64,000 nt of DNA from a virus (taxonomy: Duplodnaviria; Caudoviricetes), in the IMG/VR virus record IMGVR_UViG_3300032030_000015, positions 1 to 64,000 of that record; one strand, written 5' to 3'. Every line of letters begins with the position of its first letter. The first letter of the stretch is position 1. This document shows, piece by piece, positions 28,632 to 38,301 of the stretch. Position numbers and translations under genes: made by a program. The notes below the pieces were generated by a model. It did no database searches. It was not told the origin of the DNA and saw only the letters and a program-made list of their open reading frames with translations.

Positions 28632-30038
28632 CTATTTTGTGTTTGTCGTTATCTTTGTCATGTCCACCCCGTAGTACTCCCCAGCCTTGCGGATGCTGTC
28701 GGTAATCTCCCCGCCCAGGGCGAGCAGTTCCTTGCAGTTCTTCGTCCACTGCTTGCGTCGCTCGTCGCTCGGATTCGTCCTGGTGTCGCGCAGCCACTTC
28801 TTCAGGTACTCCCGACGCTTGACCTCCGGTCGAGCCTGCTCACGCTCGGCAGAATCGGAACCAGTTCCGTTCTGCTCTCGCTTACTTGCAGCCTTGGCCT
28901 TTTCCTCGTCGCTCATCTCCGGCTGTTTCTTCGGTCGCCCCGGCTTGCGCTTCTCCGGTTCAGGGTTTAGGGCTAATGGCTCCTGGCTCTCCGCCTCCCG
29001 CTCCGGCTTCTCCGCCTCTGGTTGAGTTTCCTGCTGTGTCACAGCAGGCTCCGCTGCCTCCTGCTTCTCCGTCTGCTCCCCGTCGGCAGGCAGCAGGTGC
29101 GCCATCCCCAGGTCATCCACTACCACTCTCCCCGTAGTTGCCACCTTCTCCCACTCCCGGTCCAGTTCGGCGTTGATCTTCGCAATCTTCTCGTCGTTGC
29201 GAGCCGCCAGCTTCGCCCACTTCTCCCGGTCGGCAGCACTGCTGTGCGGGTCGTTCATCAGCAGCCGCAGATTCTCCCGCGCCGCCTCAATCTCACGCTT
29301 CAGCGGCCCGTACTGCTTAGCCCTCTCCTGCGTCTTCTCCGGCAGCAAGTGAATGTACTGGTCGATGTGCTTCGGTCGCGGCGGGATAGCGCTATACACA
29401 TGATTATTGAGTCCGGGAATACTCTGGCATTCCTCCACCGGCACAAGTTTAACAGCCTTGCAGCCGTAATCTGGTTTTGTCGCAGGGATAGAAGCAGCGG
29501 CGACGGCCTGTGTTGCCTTACCGGTTCCCTCCGCAGGCTCCTCTTTCGCCGCCATCTCCGCCATCGCCTTCTTGGTGTATTTCTCCACGATGCGCTGCTT
29601 CTGCCCCTCGGTAATGACCAAGGAACCGCCAGCCACCGTGCCCGTCGGAAAACCGACGGGAAAAGTCGCCGTTACTGCGCCCTGCGGTTTTGCCGCAGGG
29701 GTTCCTAAAATCTCGCCCATCACCTCCACCATATTCCTCACCGCCCTGTACGCCGACTTCGCATACAGCTGCGTCGGCAGCCACGTGTCCGCCACGTCCA
29801 TGAGCGCCGACAGCAGCCGCGCCCCCTCGGCAAACATAGCCACCTCCTGCTCCTTCCATCGTGCCGAAAGCAGCACGATGTTCTGCGCTTTCGCCATCGG
29901 GCGTTCCGTCGCCTCCAGCAACCGCCGCCCGCCGTCAGCGAGCCACTCCCCCACCCTCTTCAGGTAGTCCTTGCGCTCCCCGTCGCTCATCGCCCCGTAG
30001 CCCTTCAGATACTCTTCCCTTCTGATTTTCCTAATCAT
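28632..30038 (-). CDS. hypothetical protein carrying an in-frame 75-nt element
   Basis: 468-aa ORF; insertion AASKREQ...RPEVK. Confidence 0.7.
   Translation of the reverse strand: MIRKIRREEYLKGYGAMSDGERKDYLKRVGEWLADGGRRLLEATERPMAKAQNIVLLSARWKEQEVAMFAEGARLLSALMDVADTWLPTQLYAKSAYRAVRNMVEVMGEILGTPAAKPQGAVTATFPVGFPTGTVAGGSLVITEGQKQRIVEKYTKKAMAEMAAKEEPAEGTGKATQAVAAASIPATKPDYGCKAVKLVPVEECQSIPGLNNHVYSAIPPRPKHIDQYIHLLPEKTQERAKQYGPLKREIEAARENLRLLMNDPHSSAADREKWAKLAARNDEKIAKINAELDREWEKVATTGRVVVDDLGMAHLLPADGEQTEKQEAAEPAVTQQETQPEAEKPEREAESQEPLALNPEPEKRKPGRPKKQPEMSDEEKAKAASKREQNGTGSDSAEREQARPEVKRREYLKKWLRDTRTNPSDERRKQWTKNCKELLALGGEITDSIRKAGEYYGVDMTKITTNTK
28818..28892 (-). mobile_element. 75-nt palindromic element inserted in frame
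   Basis: GCTGCAAGTAAGCGAGAGCAG...GAGCAGGCTCGACCGGAGGTCAAG, preceded by AAG. Confidence 0.7.
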
Positions 30039-30041
30039 GGT

Positions 30042-30341
30042 TCAGCCCTCCTTCTTGTCGTTATGCACCGAGAAGGTGCTGGTCTGTGTGAACTCGCCGC
30101 CGCACGTCACGCGGAATATATCTGCAGGGTTCTGATAGTACGGCTGCAGCGGCTGACACGGCCAGTGCGGTGTCAAGTCCGGCGTGTAAGGCACATACGT
30201 TATCTGCTGCTGTGGCTGTTCGCCGATGATGAAGTCGAGAAGAAAATAGTACTCCTCGTCCGTGAGCAATTCGCCAGCCTTTGGTCCCTGACCGTGCAGC
30301 CGGTTCAGCAGTTCAACTGCCTGTTTCTGTTTGTCTGTCAT
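30042..30341 (-). CDS. hypothetical protein
   Basis: ORF downstream of tRNA. Confidence 0.6.
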   Translation of the reverse strand: MTDKQKQAVELLNRLHGQGPKAGELLTDEEYYFLLDFIIGEQPQQQITYVPYTPDLTPHWPCQPLQPYYQNPADIFRVTCGGEFTQTSTFSVHNDKKEG

Positions 30342-30379
30342 ATTCGCCTAAATTTTAATTCGTGAATAATACTCGTTTG

Positions 30380-30450
30380 TTGGCCGTACAGGGCTCGAAC
30401 CCGTACTTCATGAGCCAGAGTCATGCGTGCTACCATTACACCAACAGCCA
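30380..30450 (-). tRNA. tRNA-Gln (CTG)
   Basis: Acceptor TGGCTGT/ACGGCCA, D-arm GTGTAATGGTAGCAC, anticodon arm CATGA-CTCTGGC-TCATG, T-arm ACGGG-TTCGAGC-CCTGT. Confidence 0.85.
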
Positions 30451-31163
30451 TTGTCTTCAATTCTCTTCACCGCCGTCTCGTAGTACGTCCTGTTCGTCTC
30501 GAAGCCGATGTAGTGCCTGCCCTCCTGCAGCGCCGCCACGGCGGTCGTCCCGGAGCCGATGAAAGGGTCGAGAACTACCCCCCCCACTGGCACGCTGTTC
30601 ACCACGAAGTTGCGGACGAGCGGCAGCGGCTTCACCGTCGGATGGCCGTAGCGCACGTTGTCCTCCTGGTTGCGCAGCGACGTGTAGAACGTCCGCTTCG
30701 TCTCGTACCGCCCGGCCACCCTCACGCCCTTCTCGCGGAAGAACAGGATAAACTCCGTATCGCTCAGGTACTTGTTGCCGCACGCCGGTATCGGGTTCGT
30801 CTTGTGCCACGACAGCAGGTTCCAGTGGCAGCCCTTCCAGTCCACGAAGTAACTCAGGTACTGCCTCAGTTGCCGCTGCGAGCAGAACACGTAGAGGTTG
30901 ATGCGCTTCATCACGCGGCACATCTCGTCGAGCACCCTCGGGTCGAAGCCGTCCTTCAGGTCGCCCAGCCGCTCCATGCCTTTCCGCGTGCCCCGGGCGT
31001 TGTAGTGGTTCGCCGCAGGGTCCTCGTTCTTCGACCAGAACCCGCCGCCCCGGTTGCCAATCATGTACGGCGGGTCGGTGATGATGCAGTCCACGCTCCC
31101 GGCGGGCATCCTCCTCATCCCCTCCAGACAGTCCTCGTTGTATATCTTGTCCAGCTCTATCAT
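30408..31163 (-). CDS. N6-adenine/N4-cytosine DNA methyltransferase (beta class)
   Basis: ITDPPY, HPTVKP, LDPFIGSGTT; likely start MIELDKIY at 31163. Confidence 0.9.
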   Translation of the reverse strand: MIELDKIYNEDCLEGMRRMPAGSVDCIITDPPYMIGNRGGGFWSKNEDPAANHYNARGTRKGMERLGDLKDGFDPRVLDEMCRVMKRINLYVFCSQRQLRQYLSYFVDWKGCHWNLLSWHKTNPIPACGNKYLSDTEFILFFREKGVRVAGRYETKRTFYTSLRNQEDNVRYGHPTVKPLPLVRNFVVNSVPVGGVVLDPFIGSGTTAVAALQEGRHYIGFETNRTYYETAVKRIEDNGCWCNGSTHDSGS

Positions 31164-31179
31164 CGCGGTAGTAAACTTT

Positions 31180-31836
31180 TCATTCTTCACTCTTCACTTC
31201 CATATATTTCTCGCAGATGTCAACAATATGCTCGCACAGTTGGGGGGGGTAAGATGAGCGCAGCGCACGGTCCTTGATGGCCTGCAGCCCCAGTTTAGTG
31301 CCCCGTGGTGCCCGCTGGTGGCATGGGTCGCCGTTCTTGCAGGCAGGCTTGAACTGCGGGTCGGGGTGATTCGTCCAGATGTCGGTGGCCTTGCGATAGG
31401 TGAAGCCGTACTGACAGTACGTTATCATATACCTCGGCAGCCCCTGCATGTAGTCCATCTTCCTGAGTCCACCCATCGGATTCTCTATGAACCACAGCCG
31501 TGGCTGCAACTGCCTGATGATGTCCAGCGTGTGCCGGTTCACCTCGTCCGCCTTCCTCGCCTTCTCCGTCTTCGGCAGCAGCGAGCCCGTCACCGGGTCT
31601 TTCATGCGGTGGTGCCCGATGGCAGCCACCGAGAATGTCGTGCAGTCGTTTCCGCTCCAGATGACGTCCGGCCTCCCAAACCTCTCCAGTATCATCTCCG
31701 CCGTCAGTTCCATGATGTCGATGTGCATCGACGACGGGAACTTCAAGTCCCAATCTACCGTGAAGCACTCATGCCCTCTCACCCTGAAAGCGTCGCTCAG
31801 ACACTCCGTCCCGCTGAAAAGTTCCAGTATCTTCAT
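31180..31836 (-). CDS. short C5-cytosine methyltransferase-like protein
   Basis: MKILELFSG, PDVIWSGNDCTTFS, FIENP, RKATDIW; start 31836. Confidence 0.75.
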   Translation of the reverse strand: MKILELFSGTECLSDAFRVRGHECFTVDWDLKFPSSMHIDIMELTAEMILERFGRPDVIWSGNDCTTFSVAAIGHHRMKDPVTGSLLPKTEKARKADEVNRHTLDIIRQLQPRLWFIENPMGGLRKMDYMQGLPRYMITYCQYGFTYRKATDIWTNHPDPQFKPACKNGDPCHQRAPRGTKLGLQAIKDRALRSSYPPQLCEHIVDICEKYMEVKSEE

Positions 31837-31951
31837 ATCGCCTGTTTCTAATTGTAGCGAAATCGCCGTAGTTAAACGCACCGATTTCGGTGCCTTTTGT
31901 CTTTTTGAGTGCAATATACGCACCGTTGTTTTCAAATGCAAGGGCAACCTG

Positions 31952-32020
31952 AACCGAGAGAAGAATCACAAGCTCGCTTGATGATTTTTCCGAGCCGAAG
32001 CCTGCGCTCGGCGAAGCCAT
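31952..32020 (+). repeat. dispersed palindromic element (divergent copy)
   Basis: CGAGAGAAGAATCACAAGCTCGCTTG...CCGAGCCGAAG. Confidence 0.5.
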
Positions 32021-32076
32021 GTGCAGCATGTGCAAGGCACTGAATAGTTAATCTTACTTAAATAAGCATTTAATTA

Positions 32077-32108
32077 TTTGCTTGTTTGCTTAAATAAGCG
32101 TATCTTTG
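32077..32108 (+). promoter_or_regulatory. Bacteroidetes promoter for parA
   Basis: TTTG (-33) ... TATCTTTG (-7). Confidence 0.7.
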
Positions 32109-32165
32109 CAACAGCTACAACGAAATCGCGCAAGCGTACACATTATTTATAAAAGCTACACAATT

Positions 32166-33032
32166 ATGGCAACAAAAGTCAGAAAGCACGAGCTGCGTCA
32201 TATCGTGGCCGTGTCAAACAACAAGGGCGGTGCAGGTAAAACCTCCACCGTACTCAACCTCGCGTCGGCCATCGCCCGTCGCATCGAGGGTTATCGTGTT
32301 CTCGTTATCGACTGCGATCCGCAGCGTAACCTCTCCTACTTCCTCGGCTGGAACGATGAGTATGAGCTGAAAGGCCAGCCCACCATCTACACTGCCCTCT
32401 GTCACGAGCAGCAGGGCCTGCCTGTCTATCGCGCCGAGAACGGCCTGTACTACTCGCCTGCCTCAGTCAACCTGAACGGCATCGACGCAATCCTCTCCCT
32501 ACGACCAAACCCCAGCAAGGCACTGGCGGAAATCCTGCAGCGGCCCATCGACGATTGCGTCACTAACGTAAACAGCGATGGCACTGTTGACGAGAGCGGC
32601 CTCTCCCCTACTCTCGCCGACTCCTTCGACTTCATCTTCATCGACACACAGCCCGCCATGAGCCGCATGACCTACAACGCGCTCTATGCCGCCGACGGCT
32701 ACATCATCCCCACCGAACTGGAGGAAGCCAGCGTGAAGGGTATGGCCAACATCGCCGTGGCAGCCGGTAAGGTGGGTGCCGACACTGGCCGACTGACCTG
32801 TCACGGCATTCTCATTACGAAGATTGACGCCAAGCTCCGCTCTGCCCGCCACTACGAGCCTCAGATTCGCCAGGCGTTCTGCGAGACCTTCCAAACGGCT
32901 ATTCGTCGCTCAAAGGATATCATCGAGAGCCAGGCCCTGCGCGAGGATGTATTCACCACCTATGGTGGTGGCCGTGCTGCCGAGGATTACACCGCCCTCG
33001 CCGCCGAGTACCTGAAGAAGTTCAGCAAGTAA
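32166..33032 (+). CDS. parA: ParA/Soj family partition ATPase
   Basis: KGGAGKTS, IDCDPQRN, DFIFIDTQP; ATG at 32166. Confidence 0.9.
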   Translation: MATKVRKHELRHIVAVSNNKGGAGKTSTVLNLASAIARRIEGYRVLVIDCDPQRNLSYFLGWNDEYELKGQPTIYTALCHEQQGLPVYRAENGLYYSPASVNLNGIDAILSLRPNPSKALAEILQRPIDDCVTNVNSDGTVDESGLSPTLADSFDFIFIDTQPAMSRMTYNALYAADGYIIPTELEEASVKGMANIAVAAGKVGADTGRLTCHGILITKIDAKLRSARHYEPQIRQAFCETFQTAIRRSKDIIESQALREDVFTTYGGGRAAEDYTALAAEYLKKFSK

Positions 33033-33334
33033 GTATGAAGAAGTATAGCAAGTAATCATCTGCTTAATTGCTTACACACTCATTTACTTATTTACTCAAT
33101 CACTCAAACAATTATTTAAGCAAGAGCTTATTTAAGTTATTAAGCGTTTAATCTAATAAGCATCTAAGCAAATAAATATTAAAGAGCGATATCATATATA
33201 CATTATTATATATATAAGCAGACAAGCAAATGATTATATAAATAAACAAGCAGATGATTAGATAATTAGATAAGCAGACAAGTAAACAAGTATTCAATCA
33301 AATAAGCGAATAATCATTTAATTAAATAAGCATT
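33033..33334. repeat. AT-rich AAGCA/TAAGCA repeat tract, putative parS centromere
   Basis: Many AAGCA motifs between parA and partner gene; also at 32055-32100 and 33766-33810. Confidence 0.55.
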
Positions 33335-33784
33335 ATGGCAAACAAGAAAGACAAATTCGCAAAGATGCAGCAGAGTGGGGGAGTGGGCTCGTTCCAGGAA
33401 ACCCTCGTACAGGCTGCGACCACCGTAGCCGCCATCGAGCGGCAACAGGAGGAGAACGTACAACCGGCAGTTGTATCACCCGTCGGTACCAGCAGTTTAT
33501 CAAACAATTCATCAGGCGACGCACCAGCTATTAACCCCCAGCAGCCGCTACGCTTCATGCGACTGCCCAATCCGCAGATACCCCTTGCGGAGTACAACCT
33601 TGTGAGCAACTACTGCAACTCGTTCGCCAACATGACGCGCCAGGACTTCGTGGAACTGGCCATCATCGAGAAGCTGCACGCTGACGGCGGCATGTCGCAG
33701 GACGACTTCAACCGTCGCTACGAGGAAATCCGCAACCGTCCGCCTCGCGGCCAGCGAAAGGGAACTAAGCAGTCAAGCAAATAA
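33335..33784 (+). CDS. putative centromere-binding partner of ParA (ParG/ParB-like)
   Basis: Disordered N-terminus plus short helical C-terminal domain, directly after parA. Confidence 0.55.
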   Translation: MANKKDKFAKMQQSGGVGSFQETLVQAATTVAAIERQQEENVQPAVVSPVGTSSLSNNSSGDAPAINPQQPLRFMRLPNPQIPLAEYNLVSNYCNSFANMTRQDFVELAIIEKLHADGGMSQDDFNRRYEEIRNRPPRGQRKGTKQSSK

Positions 33785-33825
33785 GTGTTTAATCATTTAA
33801 GCATTTAATTAAACAATTAAAATCT

Positions 33826-34128
33826 ATGGCAATGACAACGAAACTCGAACGCCTGGAAGCGCTGAGTGCGACGCTGCTGGAGTGCAAGAAGGAATGCGTG
33901 AAGGATGCCGACGAGTGGCAGGTGTACGACGACATGATGACGCGGGTTAAGGAACTGATTGTCGAGGAACAGCGCAGGCTCGGTTATATGGCCGTGTATC
34001 CCATCGAGGACGGACAAGCCGGAGCATCCATATATCACGGCACCCCGGAAGCCTGCGACTCCTACGTTGAAATCCTGCTCGAAGGTCATCCCGAAATGAA
34101 GGGGAATATCATTATCGCGAACATCTAA
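33826..34128 (+). CDS. hypothetical protein
   Basis: ORF with A-rich leader. Confidence 0.6.
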   Translation: MAMTTKLERLEALSATLLECKKECVKDADEWQVYDDMMTRVKELIVEEQRRLGYMAVYPIEDGQAGASIYHGTPEACDSYVEILLEGHPEMKGNIIIANI

Positions 34129-34158
34129 TCTATATTCACAATTAAAAGCTACACAACA

Positions 34159-35241
34159 ATGAACAACGGAATCTTCAACCCCAGCCGGAACTTCGCGGCC
34201 ATCGACGTGGAGTACGCCGACGACGAACAGAACATCTGCCAGGTGGGACTGGCGATAGTGAGAGACCTGCAGGTGGAGACCACCCGCGTGTGGAACATCC
34301 AGCCGCCGGGCAACTGTTACGACGAGCGCTACTCGCGCTCGCACCACCTCACCGAGGACGACACCGCCACCGTCGGCACCTTCGACCTCGCCTGGCAGGA
34401 GATACAGCCCATCATCCTCAGCGAAGAACTCTGGGCGCACAATGCCGCCAGCACCGAGCAGCCCGTGCTCGTAAAGAACCTGAAGGCGTGCGACTATGCC
34501 TGGGAGTGGCTGACCGTACACGACAGCCGCGACCTCTACCAGCGGCCAGACTGCCAGGCGAATCGTGGCAACGGACTGGCGCAGTGCTGCATGGCGCTGG
34601 GTATCGAGTTCGACGAGACGGAGCACCACGATGCTGAGTACGACGCACTGAAGTGTGCCGAGATCGTCATCGCCTACGCCCAGGGCCGTCAGCCTCAGTG
34701 GGAGGGCATCGCCAAGAGCAGTGAGGAGCTGCGCAAGCAGCAGCAGGCGAAGCTCATTCTGAAGCCCGGCCAGTTTGCCGCCCATCAGCGCCTGCAGGAC
34801 GAGCAGAAGAAGGCTGGTCTGACCTCAGACAAACTCGACCTCTTCGCCGAACTCACCTCTACCTACGAGGGCGCTCAGCCGCAGATAGTGGACGTGTTCG
34901 ACAAGGGCGACCAGATGCAGAAGGACGGTACCGATCTCGTTGACATCGCCCGTCTCGATACCTCCGACGGCAATCCGCTGCGCGGCAAGGTGGTGGCCAT
35001 CACCGGCGCATTCCATATCTCGCGCAAGGAGATAGAACGTGCGCTGGAGGCCATGGGTGCCACCACCGACGGCATGACGAAGAGCACCAACGTACTGCTG
35101 GTCGGCAACCGTAACGTCGGTCTGCCGAAGCTCGCCAAGCGCGAGAAGCAAACCGACAAAGGCAGCAAGGTGGCCATGGTGGTAGGCGATGCCGACCTGG
35201 ACTCACTCCTCTACGGCGACGGCCGGAAGTTCTTTGAGTAA
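34159..35241 (+). CDS. DEDDh 3'-5' exonuclease (DnaQ-like) with C-terminal BRCT domain
   Basis: AIDVE, WAHNA, HHDAEYDA; GKVVAITGAF...GAT...TKSTNVLLVG. Confidence 0.85.
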   Translation: MNNGIFNPSRNFAAIDVEYADDEQNICQVGLAIVRDLQVETTRVWNIQPPGNCYDERYSRSHHLTEDDTATVGTFDLAWQEIQPIILSEELWAHNAASTEQPVLVKNLKACDYAWEWLTVHDSRDLYQRPDCQANRGNGLAQCCMALGIEFDETEHHDAEYDALKCAEIVIAYAQGRQPQWEGIAKSSEELRKQQQAKLILKPGQFAAHQRLQDEQKKAGLTSDKLDLFAELTSTYEGAQPQIVDVFDKGDQMQKDGTDLVDIARLDTSDGNPLRGKVVAITGAFHISRKEIERALEAMGATTDGMTKSTNVLLVGNRNVGLPKLAKREKQTDKGSKVAMVVGDADLDSLLYGDGRKFFE

Positions 35242-35249
35242 CCCGTTCA

Positions 35250-35960
35250 CCTACTATTTCGGAAAACCTGCGTGCGAATGTGCGCAGGTTTTTTCGTGCC
35301 AGTGATTGGCAAAGACACGCCCACGAATGACCTACCATTTCGGAAAACTTTTCTTCTGGCCAGGCAGGGAGAGGGGGTAGGGGGAGAGGGTAAGCAACCT
35401 ACCAATTCGGAAAACCTCGAATAATCTTATTTGCGCAGAAAATCCAGACAAAACGTAATTACCTGTAAATCAGACGGTTTTTGTTTGCTGACAATTTGCC
35501 GTAGGCTAAATGCAGCAATCCTTCCAGAGTCAAAGCGCTACTAAGTTCAGACCTTTCCCTTATTCTTTTCCTTTCTTTTTCCTTCAAAAAAAGAAAAGAA
35601 ACGCCTCGAATCGTCTTTATAATATGTTCCTTCTATAGAATATCGAATAGAAATATATATACCACCGCAAATTTTTTCTGATTATCAGCGAGTTACGAAC
35701 AAAAGTTTTCCGAGTTGGTAGGGCGCGGTTTACCGTGATGGTAGGTACTGGTTTAGCACGTTGGTAGGCTCAGATTACCCGAAAACGTAGGATGGAGTTT
35801 ACCGAATTGGTAGGCGATTGCGCCCATAGTTTTCCGAGTTGGTAGGTGGAGGTTTACCGAATTGGTAGGTCATTATAGGTTTCCGAAAATGCAGCCGACA
35901 TTGCCCGAAAACAAAGGCTTAGTTTTCCGAAATAGTAGGCGGAACTTCCCGAAACAAAAG
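35250..35960. repeat. iteron-type replication origin
   Basis: GTTTWCCGARTTGGTAGG-like 18-mers at 35705, 35728, 35751, 35774, 35797, 35829, 35852, 35922; inverted copies at 35250, 35331, 35398; AT-rich spacer between. Confidence 0.85.
35263..35294 (+). terminator. intrinsic terminator after exonuclease gene
   Basis: AAAACCTGCG...CGCAGGTTTTTT. Confidence 0.6.
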
Positions 35961-36033
35961 GCGCGATTTTGTAACTTGCTGATAATCAAAACAAACAAAT
36001 TTGCATCCAAAAATAAAACTTTTCCCGAAAAAG

Positions 36034-36065
36034 TTTGGAAGTTTCAAATTTAATTTCTATCTTTG
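36034..36065 (+). promoter_or_regulatory. Bacteroidetes promoter for rep
   Basis: TTTG ... TATCTTTG. Confidence 0.7.
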
Positions 36066-36109
36066 TGCCCTGAAAGGTCACTCCCGCAACAATTTAAAAG
36101 CTACACAAT

Positions 36110-37411
36110 ATGTTCAAGAAGAAAACCGCTGTTGACGCTCAGTCTAAGCCGACGAAGCCGTCAGAGGACACGAAGTCGCCGACGACCCCGCAGCCTCGTA
36201 AGTCCAAGAAAAAGAAGGCCGTCACCCTGAGCCTTCAGGATCTGATTACCCAGCCACGGGCGCTGGCCCACCTGCCGATGATGAACAAGGTCACCGGCTA
36301 CCGTGTGCTCATCGCCGTGCTCCAGCGGCTGCAGGGACTCTGGCGCATCGCCAAGATGCCTCAGACCGACAAGACCGGCCAGCTCTACCTGAACTTCATC
36401 ACCGACGAGTTCGAGGTCATCAAGGAGAACACGAAGGTGCTCAGCAAGGGCGACGTGCTCTTCAAGTTGCGCATGTCCGACATTGCCGACGACCCGCACT
36501 ACGAGGAAGCCCGCACCGCGCTCTACTCGCTCACCCACGTACAGTGCTTCATCCCCGACCCCGACAAGCCGGGCTACTACGTCACCGAGAACCTGATGAA
36601 GATTGAGGGCAAGCGCGAGAACGGCCGCTTCGTGGGCACGGACTTCTCGGTCATCATCCCCCGCACGATAGCCGAGAACATCCTCGACATCAACCTCTTC
36701 TCGAACTATACCCGCTTCGTGGGCTACACGGCAGGCAAGCTGCGCTCGTCGTTCTCCTACCCCCTCTACATCTACCTCTCCGAGGAATGGCGCCACCATG
36801 GCGAGCGGTTCGTCATACCGATGCGCGACCTGCGCACCCGTCTGGGCTTCGTGAAGGACAGCGACGACCCAGACCGCGAGAACCGCTACGGCTCGTGGAG
36901 CCAGTTCTGCGACAAGGTGCTCAACCAGGCACAGAAGGAACTCGACAAGCTGGCCGAGGGTGGGGGAGCCGACTTCACCTTCATCTATCAGGGACTGCTC
37001 CACGGCACGCCCCTGCCGCCCTACAAGCGCCCCGATGCCGTGGCCTTCACCATCCTGCCCACCGAGGCCGGACGCACTATCAAGGAAGAGAACGACTACG
37101 CCCCCAACCGCGAGATATGCCAGAAGCTCATGGTCGAGTTCTTCGGCCTGCACATCAACCAGGCGCGAGCCCTCCTGCGCCGCGTCACGCCCGTCATCAT
37201 GCCAGGCTTTGTCGAGCAGCTGCAGCAGTGGCACGACGAGTTCATGGCCGGCCGCCATGCCGACGTGAAGAAGATACCCGCCTGGGCCTACACCGCCATC
37301 GACGAGCATATCCGCACCGAGGAGAACAAGCAGTTCGCCCAGGCTGAAGAGATTGTAGATGACGTGCCCAGCGGTTCAGTGGATGACAAAATAACTATGG
37401 AGGAATTTTGA
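36110..37411 (+). CDS. Rep_3 family plasmid replication initiator
   Basis: YTRF...KLRSSFSYPLYIYL...DLRTRLG...RYGSWSQFCDKVLNQAQKEL; iterons upstream. Confidence 0.8.
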   Translation: MFKKKTAVDAQSKPTKPSEDTKSPTTPQPRKSKKKKAVTLSLQDLITQPRALAHLPMMNKVTGYRVLIAVLQRLQGLWRIAKMPQTDKTGQLYLNFITDEFEVIKENTKVLSKGDVLFKLRMSDIADDPHYEEARTALYSLTHVQCFIPDPDKPGYYVTENLMKIEGKRENGRFVGTDFSVIIPRTIAENILDINLFSNYTRFVGYTAGKLRSSFSYPLYIYLSEEWRHHGERFVIPMRDLRTRLGFVKDSDDPDRENRYGSWSQFCDKVLNQAQKELDKLAEGGGADFTFIYQGLLHGTPLPPYKRPDAVAFTILPTEAGRTIKEENDYAPNREICQKLMVEFFGLHINQARALLRRVTPVIMPGFVEQLQQWHDEFMAGRHADVKKIPAWAYTAIDEHIRTEENKQFAQAEEIVDDVPSGSVDDKITMEEF

Positions 37412-38301
37412 TGGAGAACAGTCAAGAACTTTGGGGCCGGTGCCTCAGTATGATCCGCGAGAATATCAGCAAGGACGTGAGGATCATCACACACGACGAT
37501 GCCGCGTGGGTGTATGACACATGGTTCGCGCCCATCGCGCTGGAGAGCTTCGACGCTGCGACGGGCGCCCTTTCGCTGCGAGTGCCCGACCGCCACGTCT
37601 GCGACTACATCGAACACTACCGCATGGGGCTCTGGTCGTGGGCGCTCCGCTCCGTGTTCGGCCAGCAGGTGCGGCTCAGTTATCATATCCTGCAGCCGTC
37701 GCCCGACCACCCCGAGGGGTTCCTCTCCGCCGTGCTGCCAGGGCGGGCGCAGTTCTCCGTTCCCGATGCCCGTCAGAAGGTGGAGGACGGCCTGCGCCGT
37801 GTCGTGGGCGATGGCTACAAGTGGCTCGATGCCTACGACAAGATAGCCGACTGGCTCAGCGATAACAAGGGTAGGGGACTGCTCGTCGTTGGCACACCCG
37901 GTATGGGCAAGTCTGAAATCTGTTGCAATGTGCTGCCGCCCATCCTCGGCGGTCCGGAGTGGCAGAAGAAAATCCCCGTGGTGCGTGCCGGCGGCATGCG
38001 GCAGCGTATCGACGAACTGAAGCGTGCCCGCTGTGTCATCATCGACGACCTTGGCAAGGAACCGCGCAAGCATTATGGCGACACCGACCAGACGTTCTTC
38101 GACCTCTGCGAGGCGTCGGTGCAGGGCGGTCCGCTGCTTATCATCACCACCAACCTCTCCACTACGCCCGTGCAGCCGCAGTTCCGTGACCGTTATCCGC
38201 TCTCCATCCAGGAGCGTTACGGCTCCGAGGTGCTCGACCGCCTGAAGACCATCACAAAGATGGTGCGCATTGAGGGGAAATCCCTTCGCCCGGTAGGGTA
38301 G
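37411..38301 (+). CDS. DnaA N-terminal-like domain fused to DnaC/IstB-like ATPase (helicase loader)
   Basis: LWGRCL...YDTWFAPI...VP; GTPGMGKS, IIDDLGKE, IITTNL, RYGSEVLDRL. Confidence 0.8.
   Translation: MENSQELWGRCLSMIRENISKDVRIITHDDAAWVYDTWFAPIALESFDAATGALSLRVPDRHVCDYIEHYRMGLWSWALRSVFGQQVRLSYHILQPSPDHPEGFLSAVLPGRAQFSVPDARQKVEDGLRRVVGDGYKWLDAYDKIADWLSDNKGRGLLVVGTPGMGKSEICCNVLPPILGGPEWQKKIPVVRAGGMRQRIDELKRARCVIIDDLGKEPRKHYGDTDQTFFDLCEASVQGGPLLIITTNLSTTPVQPQFRDRYPLSIQERYGSEVLDRLKTITKMVRIEGKSLRPVG

Noticed and set aside
31242-31249. G8 tract as a phase-variable switch in the short MTase
   Set aside because: Currently in frame (YPPQ) near the C-terminus, with no sign of a shifted frame.
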